DNA from: Octopus vulgaris
Taxonomy: Eukaryota
Direction of reading: 5' to 3'
Length of the DNA stretch: 64,000 nucleotides
NCBI GenBank assembly: GCA_951406725.2
Contig: OX597832.1
Coordinates: 38,006,001 to 38,070,000 of the forward strand
The stretch's first letter is position 1, and every line of letters starts with the position of its first letter. A model generated the notes under the pieces. That model worked only from the letters and a program-made list of their open reading frames with translations. It did not search any database and was not told where the DNA came from. Made by a program: the position numbers and the translations under genes. This document shows positions 46,407-60,458 of this stretch, piece by piece.

Positions 46407-46525
46407 GCAGAAGCTGGCAGAGTCGTTAGCACAGCGGTCGAAATACTTAGCGGCATTTCGTACGTCTTTACGTTCTGAGTTCAAATTCCATCGAGTTCGA
46501 CTTTGCCTTTCAGCCTTTCGGGGTC
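46407..46525 (+). mobile_element. tRNA-derived SINE 5' part
   Basis: Matches the 58242 family (cgttctgagttcaaattcc..gactttgcctttc). Confidence 0.75.
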
Positions 46526-47679
46526 TAGCATTGTATGAGAGTACATAACTGAATGCGCTCTGCGTTTTAAAAGTTGGTAGATTTGGCTGCTGTTTTCAGC
46601 AGAACATATGGTCGTCTATATCGATGATTCGTCCTAAAGGTGCTTAGGTTTAGCTAAAACAGTATCCATCCATCCATCCATCCCACCCCCACACACAGAA
46701 CGTAGGAACTTGCACTTATTTTTCTTAGATAATGCAAGAAGTTGTAATGAAGTGAAATGTTATCAACATAATATAGAGAAAATTTCAAAATGTTCAAAAT
46801 AATGTGTGACATAGCTGTGCACCACCAACAGGTTTTTTATAGCCAATTAACTAGATGGCATCGTCTGAAAAGATCATAAATAATTTAATATACGTTATAA
46901 TTGTCTTGATGACACGAATACATCATTTCCAAAGACAGCCTCCCACACGACTAAAGACTGAAATATGAGGATTTACATATAAAAGTTGGCAGAATGTTGG
47001 GCATTAATTCATTGCCACTTATTTTCATGACAGCTCGAGTATAGCAGCAGCAACAACAATTACAGCAACGAAAGCGACAACAGCAACATCAACAACAACA
47101 ACAGCGACAACAACAACAACAATAAGGTCTAGAATAATCGATTGCTCCTTGTCCAAAACGAGCTTTATCCTCCCTGCATTTCTCAACCAGGGTAGATCTG
47201 TAAGAAAGAAACCGGAACGCTTTGAGTGTGTGTGCGTATGCGTGTGTGTGTATGTGTGTGTGCGTGTGCATGTGTGTGTGCGTGTGCATGTGTGTGTGTG
47301 TATGTGTATGCGTGTGTGAGTGTGCATGTGAGTGTGTGTGCGTGTGTAGAACGAGCTTTCCCACAGTTCTCGTAAACCAAATTCTCTCACAAGGGCATTG
47401 GTCGTCCTGGGCCTATAGTAGAAGACACTAGCCCGAGATGGTGAGCAGAGGGATCGAAACCGAAACCACGTGGTTGCAAAACTTCCATCACCATATTCAC
47501 TCATCACCACCATCGCCTCTACCAACAACAAAGTTATTGCTATTTCACCAAGGAAACACTGGCCATCACGTGGCATTGTCACCTGAAAAGTAAGCGAGCT
47601 TGAACAGAACTCATTATCAGATTGTCTGTCTGATAATGTAAAGTGTTGTACGTGTTCGTTCGTTTCTCTGTGTGTGTGT

Positions 47680-47723
<44 letters not shown>

Positions 47724-48160
47724 TGTGTTAGACGTGTGTCGTGTGTTTAAGTTCATTTTTGTACATATTATAAACAGTCCTCAAATATTCCCAGCTTGAG
47801 TGTTTATCATGTCTTTCTTGTACTAACGTGTTGTTTCTTTCTGGTGTGATTGTTGATATACTTGTGTAGAAATAAATCGATGTTGATTCTTGATTCTTAG
47901 TAACACGGTTGACTTGAAGCCAAACAATCCCCACGACACTCAAAACCAAATTGGCACCGTTAAAACTAAAATATAGAAGACGCACGGTGGTTAACAACCC
48001 CAACAACAACAACCAGCACCAACGTCAACAGATCCTTCAACATATGTTTTCTATGAAAAACCTCATCTTTTACGTAGCTCAGTAGAAGAACAGAACATTG
48101 AGAACTTTTTTCAGATGTTCTAGCTTTCGTTTACATGTGTTCTGCGTTGTGTGTGTGTGT

Positions 48161-48207
<47 letters not shown>

Positions 48208-50182
48208 ATTGAATGAGCGTGTGCTTTTTTTCGTCAGTTTGCGTGCATTGGTTTGTTTAGACATAGTTTATCAAAAGTGTGGTAATAACATTCCCAGAAC
48301 GTACAACTTGCACTTATTTTTCTTAGATAATGCAAGAAGTTGTAATGAAGTGAAATGTTATCAACATAATATAGAGAAAATTTCAAAATGTTCAAAATAA
48401 TGTGTGACATAGCTGTGCACCACCAACAGGTTTTTTATAGCCAATTAACTAGATGGCATCGTCTGAAAAGATCATAAATAATTTAATATACGTTATAATT
48501 GTCTTGATGACACGAATACATCATTTCCAAAGACAGCCTCCCACACGACTAAAGACTGAAATATGAGGATTTACATATAAAAGTTGGCAGAATGTTGGGC
48601 ATTAATTCATTGCCACTTATTTTCATGACAGCTCGAGTATAGCAGCAGCAACAACAATTACAGCAACGAAAGCGACAACAGCAACATCAACAACAACAAC
48701 AGCGACAACAACAACAACAATAAGGTCTAGAGTAATCGATTGCTCCTTGTCCAAAACGAGCTTTATCCTCCCTGCATTTCTCAACCAGGGTAGATCTGTA
48801 AGAAAGAAACCTTATGTGTCGGAAGGCAATCAACCCTATAGTGCACACATAAGTTAAACCTCTCTAAAGCCCTCTCCTCTTTCGACCACAGCATTAGATA
48901 TGAGTTACATAGAACTTGCCTCTGTTTTTAAAAGTTATAGATTAGAGCATATGGTGTCTCATGATTTATATATATTTATATTTATAAACAGATTATCCAT
49001 CCATCCATCACACACACAAACACTTACACGTATATTTTTCTTAGAGAAGTTGAATCACTAAATACTCATAACATAATATAAAAATATATTCACTGAAAAT
49101 ATATGTGAAAACAGTGTTCATCTACATCCAATCGACAGTTGTTACACAATTTAATTGTGCAGTATGAATTGATGTTGTTCTGGTGTATCAATTAAAGTTG
49201 GTCTGATTTATCTTCTTAACACGAAACGTGCAAAGTACATCTGTCATCAACATCACACACAACACACAATTAACAAAAGCAAATAACCAAAGACACAACT
49301 ACAGGTCAGAGTTTCCTCCACACAAACACACACACACACAATCTTTTTTTTTCTTCTGTAACAAAATTCTTTATATAAAAAAAAATAAAATTTCTTCTTT
49401 ACCAACACGCAGACACTTTGCTCAGAAAGAAGACGACGCCAACAAGAAACTTTCCAAACGATAATAAACGCCATTACCATCCCACCATGACATGTATGTC
49501 AGACTACACACTTTCTCCACATGCACACACAACAACACAACAACACACACAATACACAATTGTGAAATACAGATTTTTTATATAAAAATTTTTAATAAAA
49601 AGAACAAGAATGTGTTGACAAGATTTCGAAATTTTCAAGAGCCATTGTCATGTATGCTGCATGATATGCGTCATTTCAACAACATTGTGTGTGTGTTGAT
49701 GTGTTGTGTGTTGTTTTTTTTCGTATAATAATAATTTGTTTGTCTCTCGTCATAACCTACGAATTGAAAATTATTGTTATATAACTGAATATGCTCTATA
49801 CATACAAATAATAATTTTTGTTCTTTTGATTATTTGTTTCAACAAATTTTTTTTTGATATTTCTTGAAAATGCTTAATATCTCTCCTTCGTTCTCTCACG
49901 CACACACAGACGCACACACATGACACAAAAAACACACATACCATTACCACCACCACCACATGCATAGTAAGACGACGGAATTGCATATTTAACAACAACA
50001 ACAACAACAACAACAGGAAATATGACAATAAATAAAACAAAATAAAAGCAAGAAAAAAATATACATATGCATGGATACATACATATTTAGATACATGCAT
50101 ACATATATAGACAAACACACAGATACAGTCTGAAAAGTAAGACATAGGCCAGGAAGTAAATACTAAGAATATTCATTGACAT

Positions 50183-50213
50183 TACTCTGAGTTTCTCGAG
50201 TATTGCTCATCAG
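50183..50213 (-). ncRNA. Hammerhead core, stems I and II decayed
   Basis: Minus strand CTGATGA(50213-50207)-gcaatactcga-GAAA(50195-50192)-ctc-a-gag-TA. Confidence 0.5.
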
Positions 50214-50385
50214 GAAACTAAAATTAGATACGCGACCGTTGACAGTCGCAGAACTCCCGCCTACAATATGTGTGTGTGTGTGTGTGTGTGTGTATAAATA
50301 TACATATATATACTTGTGTGTATGTATATCATATATGTGTCTATATGTGTATATACATATACGTGTTTGTGTGTATGCGTGTGAT

Positions 50386-50418
<33 letters not shown>

Positions 50419-50523
50419 TCAGATATATGCACACCCACATGCACATACTTACACAAACACATATATACGAGTATGTATGCATGTATGTATATATGGATAT
50501 AAAAATAATATTGTATAAATACA

Positions 50524-50566
<43 letters not shown>

Positions 50567-50784
50567 GTATAAGAAGGCGGAATATTTACATGGAATCTGA
50601 AGCAGCTGTTTCATGGCTGGATGAACATCCAAGACCTCCTGTATCTAGTTGTTCCATATGCATGCATGTATGTATGTATGTGTGTATGTATGTATGTATG
50701 TATGTATGTATGTGTGTGTGTATGTATGTATTTAAAGTATATAAGGTATGTATATTTATCTTCTTAACACCCAGAAACGCATAA

Positions 50785-50851
<67 letters not shown>

Positions 50852-50931
50852 ACACATACGCACATACACTAACAAAGAAATTTACATACGGATACAGATG
50901 TATTCACATCCACACAAACACACACACACAC

Positions 50932-51033
<102 letters not shown>

Positions 51034-51218
51034 GCAATACGCATACACGAACACATTTGCACACGGAGTGCAAGAAAGTGAAGACGATCTGCCATCACGT
51101 TTGATAGAATATCGTTTCCGATGAAAGTCTGATGAATTTAAACGCCACACACACACCCCCACAAAATGACATGTATGTAACTATGCACATACACATGGGC
51201 TTTCTCCACATGCACATT

Positions 51219-51267
<49 letters not shown>

Positions 51268-51294
51268 GTATGTATATATATACATATATATATA

Positions 51295-51338
<44 letters not shown>

Positions 51339-51357
51339 ATACAAGAATGCTGACACA

Positions 51358-51393
<36 letters not shown>

Positions 51394-51480
51394 CTGACTG
51401 AAGTCTGATGATGTCTTCGCATGCCGAAACTATGCAGTCATTATCAACAACATTCTATAATAATAATAATGATGATGATG

Positions 51481-51540
<60 letters not shown>

Positions 51541-51780
51541 TTGTACTCTACAAAATATAGAGTAACCTATCAGAATAGTGAAAATTATTGTTATTATAAC
51601 TGAATATAGAAACATATACATACATACATACATACATACATACATACATACATACATACATACATACATACATACAAATATGTATGTATGTATCTATGTA
51701 TATATGTATGTATGTATGTATGTATGTACATATATATATATGTATATATGTATATATGTATATATATGTATATATGTATA

Positions 51781-51828
<48 letters not shown>

Positions 51829-51858
<30 letters not shown>

Positions 51859-52337
51859 CATACATACATGCATATATGAGTACAAGACGTACCAATGGTG
51901 CAAATGACATAAAATGCATAAAGCAACGAGGGAAAAAACGATTGAATTACATAAACAACAAAAAAAAAGAAAGGAAAACAGTACAAGTGAACACAGAGAG
52001 AGGACCCTTCATCAGTTGTCGGCTGTCCATCCACTCCTCATTTCGAACACTCAACGACAATATGAGTCTTGAAAGGTAGCTGCTCCCATAAATTTGGAAG
52101 ACATATTGTCGTTGAGTGTTCGAAATGAGGAGTGGATGGACAGCCGACAACTGATGAAGGGTCCTCTCTCTGTGTTCACTTGTACTGTTTTCCACTTTCT
52201 TTCTCGTTGTTTATGTAATTCAATCGTTTTTTCCCTCGTTGCTTTATGCATTTTATGTCATTTGCACCATTGGTGACGTCTTGTACTCATATATGCATGT
52301 ATGTATGTATGTATATATATATATATATATATATATA
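51829..52337. repeat. Inverted duplication with ~235-bp arms including mirrored microsatellite flanks
   Basis: About 51829-52064 versus 52102-52337; 37-nt spacer. Confidence 0.95.
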
Positions 52338-52387
52338 ATATCATTTATTATTTATTATTCAGTTGAACGCGACGCATCCATTTCCAA

Positions 52388-52429
<42 letters not shown>

Positions 52430-52472
52430 TCATCCATCCATCCATACATGTATTATCTATCTACCTACCTAC

Positions 52473-52555
<83 letters not shown>

Positions 52556-52623
52556 CTTCTCTCTCGGTATGTATATATATATATATATTATCCATGAACA
52601 AACTCTCAGAAACACTCACTTAT

Positions 52624-52671
<48 letters not shown>

Positions 52672-52850
52672 AGATAAAGTGAAAGAAGGGAAGAGAAGGA
52701 GAGTGAGAAAACAAAGCTGGAGTGTTTGTTCAGATAATTTTTCTAATGGCATCGTTTCTGTAAAAGTGCAAATTTGAATTACGTTATGCAACTTCATGTA
52801 ATTATTACTGTTTTACAGAAATACGTGTATGTGTGTGTATACACGTATAC

Positions 52851-52900
<50 letters not shown>

Positions 52901-52901
52901 G

Positions 52902-52947
<46 letters not shown>

Positions 52948-52948
52948 C

Positions 52949-52986
<38 letters not shown>

Positions 52987-53008
52987 ATATCTATCTATCT
53001 ATCTATCC

Positions 53009-53051
<43 letters not shown>

Positions 53052-53264
53052 CCTATTGATCGTTTTTTTTCCTCTTAACCTTTTTTCCCCTTTTTTCTTC
53101 TTTTTTTCATTTCTCTTTTCTTTTGTTCTTTTTCCTTTTTTTCTTATTTTCCCCTTTTTTAAAATTTTATTTTTGGTTCTTTTTTTCCCTTTTACGATCC
53201 CTTTTGATCGAAAACCTACGCCACCTTTTTTTCGTTTCTTTTGTTTTTTTGTTTTTTGTTTTTT

Positions 53265-53712
53265 TCATCCCACACTCTGTAATGGTATGGGGAGCTGTCA
53301 CCAGCAATGGTTGTTCTGAGCTGATCGAATGTTTTGAAACGATAAACTCTGGTAAATACATCGTAATACTTAAGCAAGAACTACTTCGATGTATTCACAT
53401 GATAGCATAACGAGAAATTAGATTTTACCACACAGCGAAAAGTAATCAACAATGGCTGACTGAAAATGGGATCAAAAAGCTTCCTTGGCCGAGCCAATCT
53501 CCTCACATGAACGCAATTGAAAATCTTTGGAACATACTAGATAGAGCTATATGAAAAACTCGACAGAAACCTAAATCTAAAGATGAATTGCTTTGATTGT
53601 TGCGTGAAAAGTGGGCCGAAATTCCACAAGAGACAATCACAAAGCTCATCAGTTCAATGATCAAAAAGAGTTTCTGAATTAAAAACTGCAAAGGGAATGT
53701 GAACTAAATACC
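53265..53712 (+). pseudogene. Tc1-family DDE transposase C-terminal relic
   Basis: HSVMVWGAVTSNG, INSGKYIVILKQELL, HTAKSNQQWLTENGIKKLPWPSQSPHMNAIENLWNILD, ending TKY. Confidence 0.9.
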
Positions 53713-54062
53713 AAAGTATGTAGTCCTACCTATCGATTACAATTCAAATGTTCGCTTTGCGTATTAAATAAAAGATTTTGAAAATTAAAGGTGTCTGTTT
53801 ACTTCCTGCATATCTGTGTGTGTGTGTGTGTGTGTGTATATGTGCCGTATGTGTGAGTGCATTGTCGCAAGTATAAGAGTTCCTTCTGTAACACTGAATG
53901 GAAACGAAATAATTCAATGTTTGGTTATAGTTTTCGCGGGTATTGCGGGTATGAGTCACATCTTTGCAGCATCTGGAAAGTGAAGTGGATTTGTCAAGAA
54001 ATTAAGGGTCAAGAAATTAAGGGTACAACAAAGTATTCCATAAATCTCTCCCTCTCTACCCC

Positions 54063-54124
<62 letters not shown>

Positions 54125-54579
54125 GTATATAAACACATACACATACGTGTATACAGTAGTGTTTCTGTAATATTTACGTTCGAACGACTATATGCAAATA
54201 TCACAATGCATGTATCTGTATGTGTTTATGTGTTTATGTGGGTATTTGGGGTTACTTATATTTCTGTATGTGAGCTGTGTAAATACATGCGCGTGTGTAT
54301 TTATATGCATATGTCTGGGTATGTGTCTATTTGCGTCTATATGTATCTGTGTCAGTCTCTTTGGATACGGGTATTTCATTGTATGCTCCTCTGCCTCTGT
54401 GTGTGTGTGTGTATGTGCATGCGTATGCATGTGAGTGTGTGTGTGTGTGTGTGTATGTGTGTGCGTTTTCGTACATATGCCAAAATAGTGTACTAAAGAT
54501 AACTAAATTTGTCTCTTATTCTTCATGACTTTAAAAACATACATACATACGTAGGTATGTATATATATATATGCATGTA

Positions 54580-54635
<56 letters not shown>

Positions 54636-55756
54636 CATATGTATGTATGTATGTATAAATGTGTACATATATATATATATGTATGTATATATATATGCAT
54701 ATATATACCAAGATGTTGTACTGAGATGACACTCACCCCTCCTCGCCATTCTTTTACGGTTGGTCAACGATTCTTGTAGCTACGCAGTGTGTCTCACTTG
54801 CAGCCAACAGTGGAATACAAGCGGCGTTTCGCTGTTTTCACTAAACGCTTTCATAAACATATGTTATTCACATTGCTGTTGTTGTTAGCCTTATATAAAT
54901 AACCGAAACCTTTGTAATTACTCTGCTTCATTCACGTCAAAATTTTATTCTCTTTCTGCTTTTCTACACATTTTATTATTATTTTTTTTTTTTGCTTTAT
55001 TTCGATCATTAAAAAAAAATTCTATTCAATTTAATTTTCGTTTACTAGTTTTATATATATTTATTGATGTATTTATAGAATATTTTATAATAATTTACGT
55101 TTGTAGTTTAGCTGCCTATTATTTTTTCGCATTAAATGATCATAATGAATACGTTTCATTTATAATAGTCACACATACAAAGCACAGGGCGTGCGCAGAC
55201 ATTTTTTTTTAATATTCATTTATTCTCTCATTTGTTTCAGTCAAAGAAACTGTGGCCATGCTGGGATACACACTGCCAGCCAGACACACACACAAACATA
55301 CACACATACACACATATATCTGAGTGTATGTATATATATATACATATACATACGTGTGTGAGTATGCGTGTGCATGTGTATTTGTGCCTTTACGTACATT
55401 TTAAGTAATTGTCTTATTCTATAGCTGCAAGCAGACAAAAGTTTTTTTTTAAAGAGAATGTGGTAAACGGAAACTGAAAGAAGCGCGTCGTACATGTATA
55501 CCAATACCTATCTATCTGTCTGTCTGTATGTCTGCATGCATGTGTGTATGTATGAGCGCGCACGCGTGTATGTGTGTATGTGTGTGTATAATAACAAAAA
55601 TATGCTGAGATTCTCTACAGCTGTTTCAGACGTGTTTTTTTTTTATTGACGAACTAATCAATTACATCATGACCAAAAAAAAAAAGACCGTTTCCTTTAA
55701 ATCTAAAAATTAACATTTATGATTTTACACACAAACAATGTATTTCGACTCCGGGT

Positions 55757-55927
55757 AAGTCGATTACGTCGACCCCAGTGCGTAACTGGTACTTATTTTA
55801 TCGACCCCCCGAAAGGATGAAAGACAAAGCCGACCTCGGCGGAATTTGAATTCTGAAAGTAAAGATGGTTGCAATTCCGCTAGGCATTTTGCCCGGCATG
55901 CAAACGATTCTGCAAGCCCGCCGCCTA
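55757..55927 (-). mobile_element. tRNA-derived SINE
   Basis: Reverse complement of the 58242 family. Confidence 0.8.
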
Positions 55928-56608
55928 ATTAAGGGAGTTCTGTTGCAACTAGAAACATTCTAAACGAGTGATTTAGAATTCTTGAACAGTTAACTACAGG
56001 TGAGTGTCTTAGTCCAATTTAGCAGTTTGAGTCGTGAAGTTTACACCTGTATTTGAGCGGTCTTTACAGTGTCATTACTATAGAGACTTCATCGCACACA
56101 AGAAATACCTGTAATATACGAGATGTTGATTGAACCGAGCCAACTTTACCTATCATAATTCCCAGCTTGGGGTAAGCAGTAAGCTTGGTAAGTAATGGAA
56201 TATGATAGGGTGGTAGTTTCTAGAACACTGAGCACTAGTTTCGATGTTCAATACTTGCTGGCTTCAACTCTCAATATTTTGAATTTAAATCTCACCGGGA
56301 GAGGCTTTACCTTCCTCTTTTCAGGGTCAATAAAATTAATGAGCGCCATAATAGAAGGGACTGTTTGAAGAATCATTTGGTTCAATATGTTTCACGTGTG
56401 CGTGCGTGTGTGTGTTTGTGTGCGCGTGTGCGTGGATGTCCATGTGTGCTCATGTGTGTGTGTGTGTGTTTGTGTGTGTATGTGTGTGTGTGTATTTATA
56501 TTTACAACAGCCTAAGGTGCGTCCTATTATATGTAATAGAGTTGATATCAATCAGCTACCATCCCACTCTTTACCAAGCTGTGACCTCGTGATAAATGCT
56601 ATTCACAC

Positions 56609-56657
<49 letters not shown>

Positions 56658-57127
56658 CATACACACACACACACACACGTACACAGGCACACCCACAAAG
56701 ACATGTAGATAGACACACACGCACTCACACATAGATACACATATCAATATAGACGCATAGACACGCGCGTGCAATCTCCATGCATGTATCTTGGGGTTTT
56801 ATTTTCAAATTAAAAACTGTTCCTCCCCTCTCTATCCACTCTCTCTATCTCCACACACACTCTCTCTCTCTCTCTCACTCTCTTTCTCTCTCTAATTAGC
56901 TTCTAATCTGATCTCTCCAAATTTTGAAATCTATTCCTCAACCACATAAACGGCGATATACAGTGCCTAAAACCAACCACTCTAAAAATGCCTCTCTCTT
57001 GCTATTAAATTAAAACGAATACAACAACTGTGTCACCTTGGTTACCAATGATGCAGTAGTTTTACCACCTGTTCCTTCCTCGTCAACTGCCTCGAGTTAT
57101 TAAATAGGAGAGTATCGCTTTTCGCAG

Positions 57128-57164
57128 GAGACTTCCAGGAATTACCAGAGAAAATAGCAAACTG
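57128..57164 (+). CDS. Candidate 37-nt exon of an unknown gene
   Basis: cttttcgcAG|gagac...aactg|GTGAGT; open frame xDFQELPEKIANx; non-repetitive context. No partner exons were identified. Confidence 0.3.
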
Positions 57165-57744
57165 GTGAGTGTATGTAGAATATATATGTAAGCAGCTTGA
57201 AGGCAAAGGAGAAGAAAAAAAAAACAGCTAGTTTTAATCAGGTTCCTTGAACCAGCAGGAGAATATATCAAAATCCCTGTATAATAGAATTCATTTACTT
57301 GGAACTAGAATGAAAATGAACATATCGAGCCGTATGTTTGCTTTCTAGAATGATCTCTCGCTCTCCCTTTCACCCTCTCTCTCCCTCTCTCTCACTCTTT
57401 CTCTCTCTCTATCTCTCTCTGTATATATACGAATGAATGAGGAGAATAGGAGAAAAGGACAAGAACGGAATTCAAAGAGAGCATGTTAAACAGATTGAAG
57501 AGAAACTTTTCATTCTTTCCGCTTTTTTCCTTTCTTTCGTTTTATCTTCGAACTGTGTTGAATTTTCGTAAAGTAGTTAGAATACTTTTTGCCAAAAGCT
57601 AGAAAAATGTGGCCTGGTTTCGATTCCTACTCGTTATTTCTTTGTAATTTCCCTAAACTTATCACCGCAATGCTTTTTGGAAACGTATAAATCTACACAT
57701 TTTATTTCAGTCCTATCCTGACTTGTCTGCCATAAATATATGTG

Positions 57745-57993
57745 GATGGGCATATGGCGTAGTGGTTAAGAGCGCAGGCTACAAATCCTAAGATTCCGAG
57801 TTCGATTCCAGTGACCTGAGTAATAATAATAATAGTAATAATAACATCGAAAAATACCTTAGGAATGAGAATCCAGGTTCGAATTTTCCCCAAGACGCCT
57901 GATGAAGGCTTGGAGGGTATATCAGCCGAAACGTTGTGTTAACTACAAACAAGATGAGGACAAATATCCATCATATATAAATAATGTAAATAA
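57745..57993 (+). mobile_element. tRNA-headed SINE-like element carrying a hammerhead ribozyme
   Basis: A box tggcgtagtgg 57755-57765, B box gagttcgattcc 57798-57809, (AAT)n linker, HHR at 57894-57940, AT-rich end. Confidence 0.7.
57894..57940 (+). ncRNA. Minimal type-I hammerhead ribozyme
   Basis: gacgc-CTGATGA(57899-57905)-a-ggct..agcc-GAAA(57928-57931)-cg-TT-gtgtt; palindromic stem III aacgtt. Confidence 0.75.
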
Positions 57994-58241
57994 ATCAATT
58001 TCGATTTTAAAAGCTTCAAGAGGAAGCATCTATATTCTGTGACCAAACTATTACGTTTTCAATTTAGCAAGGACTTACCCAAAGTCTGTTCTTATACAGA
58101 AAATATAAATCCCTGAAATTAAAGACTTCGAGACTCCATTTGCATGAAAATTAACAGCCAAGTTTGTCTTAGCATACTTATTACAGCAGAGTGTTTCCTG
58201 TAATTTCATTCGTGTACCTGATTTTATATTTATCCTAATCT

Positions 58242-58458
58242 GAAGGCGGCGAGCTGACAGAATCGTTAGCACACTGGGCAAAATGCTTAGCGTCATTTCG
58301 TTCGTCTTTGCGTTCTGAGTTCAAATTCCGCCTGGGTAGTTTTTGTCTTTTATCCATTTGGAGGACGATAAAATAAATACTAGTTGAACACTGGGGTCGA
58401 AGTAATCGACTTAACCCCTCCCCGAACTTGCTGTCCTTGTGCCAAAGTTTGAAACCAT
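58242..58458 (+). mobile_element. Near full-length tRNA-derived SINE
   Basis: gaaggcggcgagctgacagaatcgttagc..gagttcaaattcc..ctggggtcga; multi-copy in this window. Confidence 0.85.
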
Positions 58459-58533
58459 ATTTACACCAGTCTATTTTTTAACTACTGTAGTTTGTTATGT
58501 CCTCTCGTGCCCTGTAACTTAGTAGTTCAACAT

Positions 58534-58848
58534 CGTTGTTGTTGTTGTTTGTTCCTTCTCCAGCCATGCCTGGCTCATTAGGGCCGGTTTCCCGGTTTCT
58601 TTGGCGTATAGGTTCCCCACCAGGACGGGACGCCGGTCCATCGCAGGTGAGCTGCAAGATGCAGGAGGAAAGAGTGAGAGAAAGTTGTGGCGAAAGAGTT
58701 AGCAGAAGTTCGCCATTACCTTCTGCCGGAGTCACGTGGAGCTAAGGTGTTTCGCTCATAAACACACACATCGCCCGGTCTGAGATTCGAATCCGCGATC
58801 CCACGACCGCGAGTCCGCTGCTCTAACCACCAGGCCATGTGCCTCCAC
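58534..58848 (-). mobile_element. Full-length SINE with (CAA)n tail and 10-bp TSD, nested in an older SINE tail
   Basis: TSD agttcaacat at 58524-58533 and 58849-58858; the flanks rejoin into a degenerate 27108-type tail. Confidence 0.92.
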
Positions 58849-59063
58849 AGTTCAACATTGTAAAGATCGATAAAACAAGCATAGGTCTGAAATAAATCTC
58901 GACGTCGACATGAAAGACAAAAGCAATTGAAGGTGGCTCCACTGGAAGGTCGTAGTCAAATGCTCGAAAAGAACAAAAGAATAAATAGAGGCAGGTAAAA
59001 AAAAAAAGGAAGAGAAGAGAAGTAGCTATTGTAAGACTGAAGGAGAATATTCTTGTACGTAAG

Positions 59064-59095
<32 letters not shown>

Positions 59096-59804
59096 AATGT
59101 GTGAATGTGTGTGTTGTGTGAGACTCAGGGGGACAGAGGAACAGAGGTAGGTGACTGCGTATGTATGAAATAGAGGAAGTATGATGTGGTATGTAGTGTG
59201 TGAGTGTGATGTGTGTGTAGTGTGTGTGTGTAGTGTGTGTGTAGTGTGTGTGTAGTGTGTGTGTGTGTGTAGTGTGTGTGTGTGTGTAGTGTGTGTGTGT
59301 GTAGTGTGTAGTGTGTGTGTATGCGTCTGTTGTGTGCGTGTGAGAAAACTACGTAAATCTTCAACTCATTCAGACACTTGTTGATGAATGTCAAGTTGAG
59401 AGCGTTGAGCTGAGACCGAACCCGTTGCTACCCAGCTGGGGGTCAACTTACAGCTGCCCACTCTATGACCAAACTACTACTAAATGACAACATCAGAGCA
59501 ACTTAGAAATACTCCTTCCTTCCTCACTCGCTTCTGCTTCTTTTTTTTCATTTTATTTTATTTTATTTTATTTTTAAACATTACATGACATGGAGCACTT
59601 CATCGACACAGCATCCGCTGATGATGTGTTTTGGTAGCGTTTTCGATTGTAGTGTTAATATTGTGTTGTTGGTATTGTTGTTGTGGTAGTGGTGGTGGTG
59701 GTGGTGGTGGTGGTGGTTGTAGTGGGGGTGGTAGTGCTGGAAGTTTGGGTGGTGTATTGAGGTGATGATGATGATGATATTGATGGTGATAATGGTGGTG
59801 GCGT

Positions 59805-59838
<34 letters not shown>

Positions 59839-60196
59839 GTAGCGGTTGTGATGATGGTATTAGCACAGTGAGTGGTATTGTAAGAGTGGGAGTGTTGGTG
59901 TGTTAGTAATGGTAGGGTGGCGTGATGATGTTTGGATGATGATGATGATGATGATGAGGATGCGATGGTGTGTTGTTGCTGTGGTCGTGGTGGTGTTCTG
60001 TGTGAGTGTGAGGTATTGAGGTGTGGATGGTGTTGGTGCGGTAGTCGTGTGGTACTGGCACGGTGGTGGTGGTGGTGGCGTTGTTGGCGGTGGTATCGAT
60101 GCAATGGTTGTGATGATGGTCTTCTTCTCCTAGTGACGGTGGAACTATTATGACAATGCAGTATCTGTTCTTCAAGCAGTGTTTATTGCTTTTGAT

Positions 60197-60230
<34 letters not shown>

Positions 60231-60426
60231 AAGAAGAAGAAGAAGAAGAAGAAGAAGAAGAAGAAGAAGAAGAATGAGAAGAAGAAAAGAAGAAGAAGGA
60301 GAAGAATGAGAAGAAGAAGAAGAAGAAGAAGAAGAAGAAGAAGAAGAAGAAGAATGAGAAGAAGAAAAGAAGAAGAAGGAGAAGAATGAGAAGAAGAAGA
60401 AGAAGAAGAAGAAGAAGAAGAAGAAG

Positions 60427-60458
<32 letters not shown>

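Larger units (their letters stand above)
45339..48811. repeat. Tandem duplication (45339-47213 then 47214-48811) with garbled middle; possible assembly artefact
   Basis: 45339-45845 matches 47214-47720 (offset 1875); 46707-47213 matches 48305-48811 (offset 1598, one mismatch seen). Confidence 0.9.

Noticed and set aside
47025-47756. Longest ORF in the window (243 aa)
   Set aside because: Crosses a duplication junction and consists of microsatellite and SINE-derived sequence.
52115-52170. GAAA..CTGATGA as a type-II hammerhead
   Set aside because: I could not build convincing stems I and III or an NUH site between the boxes.
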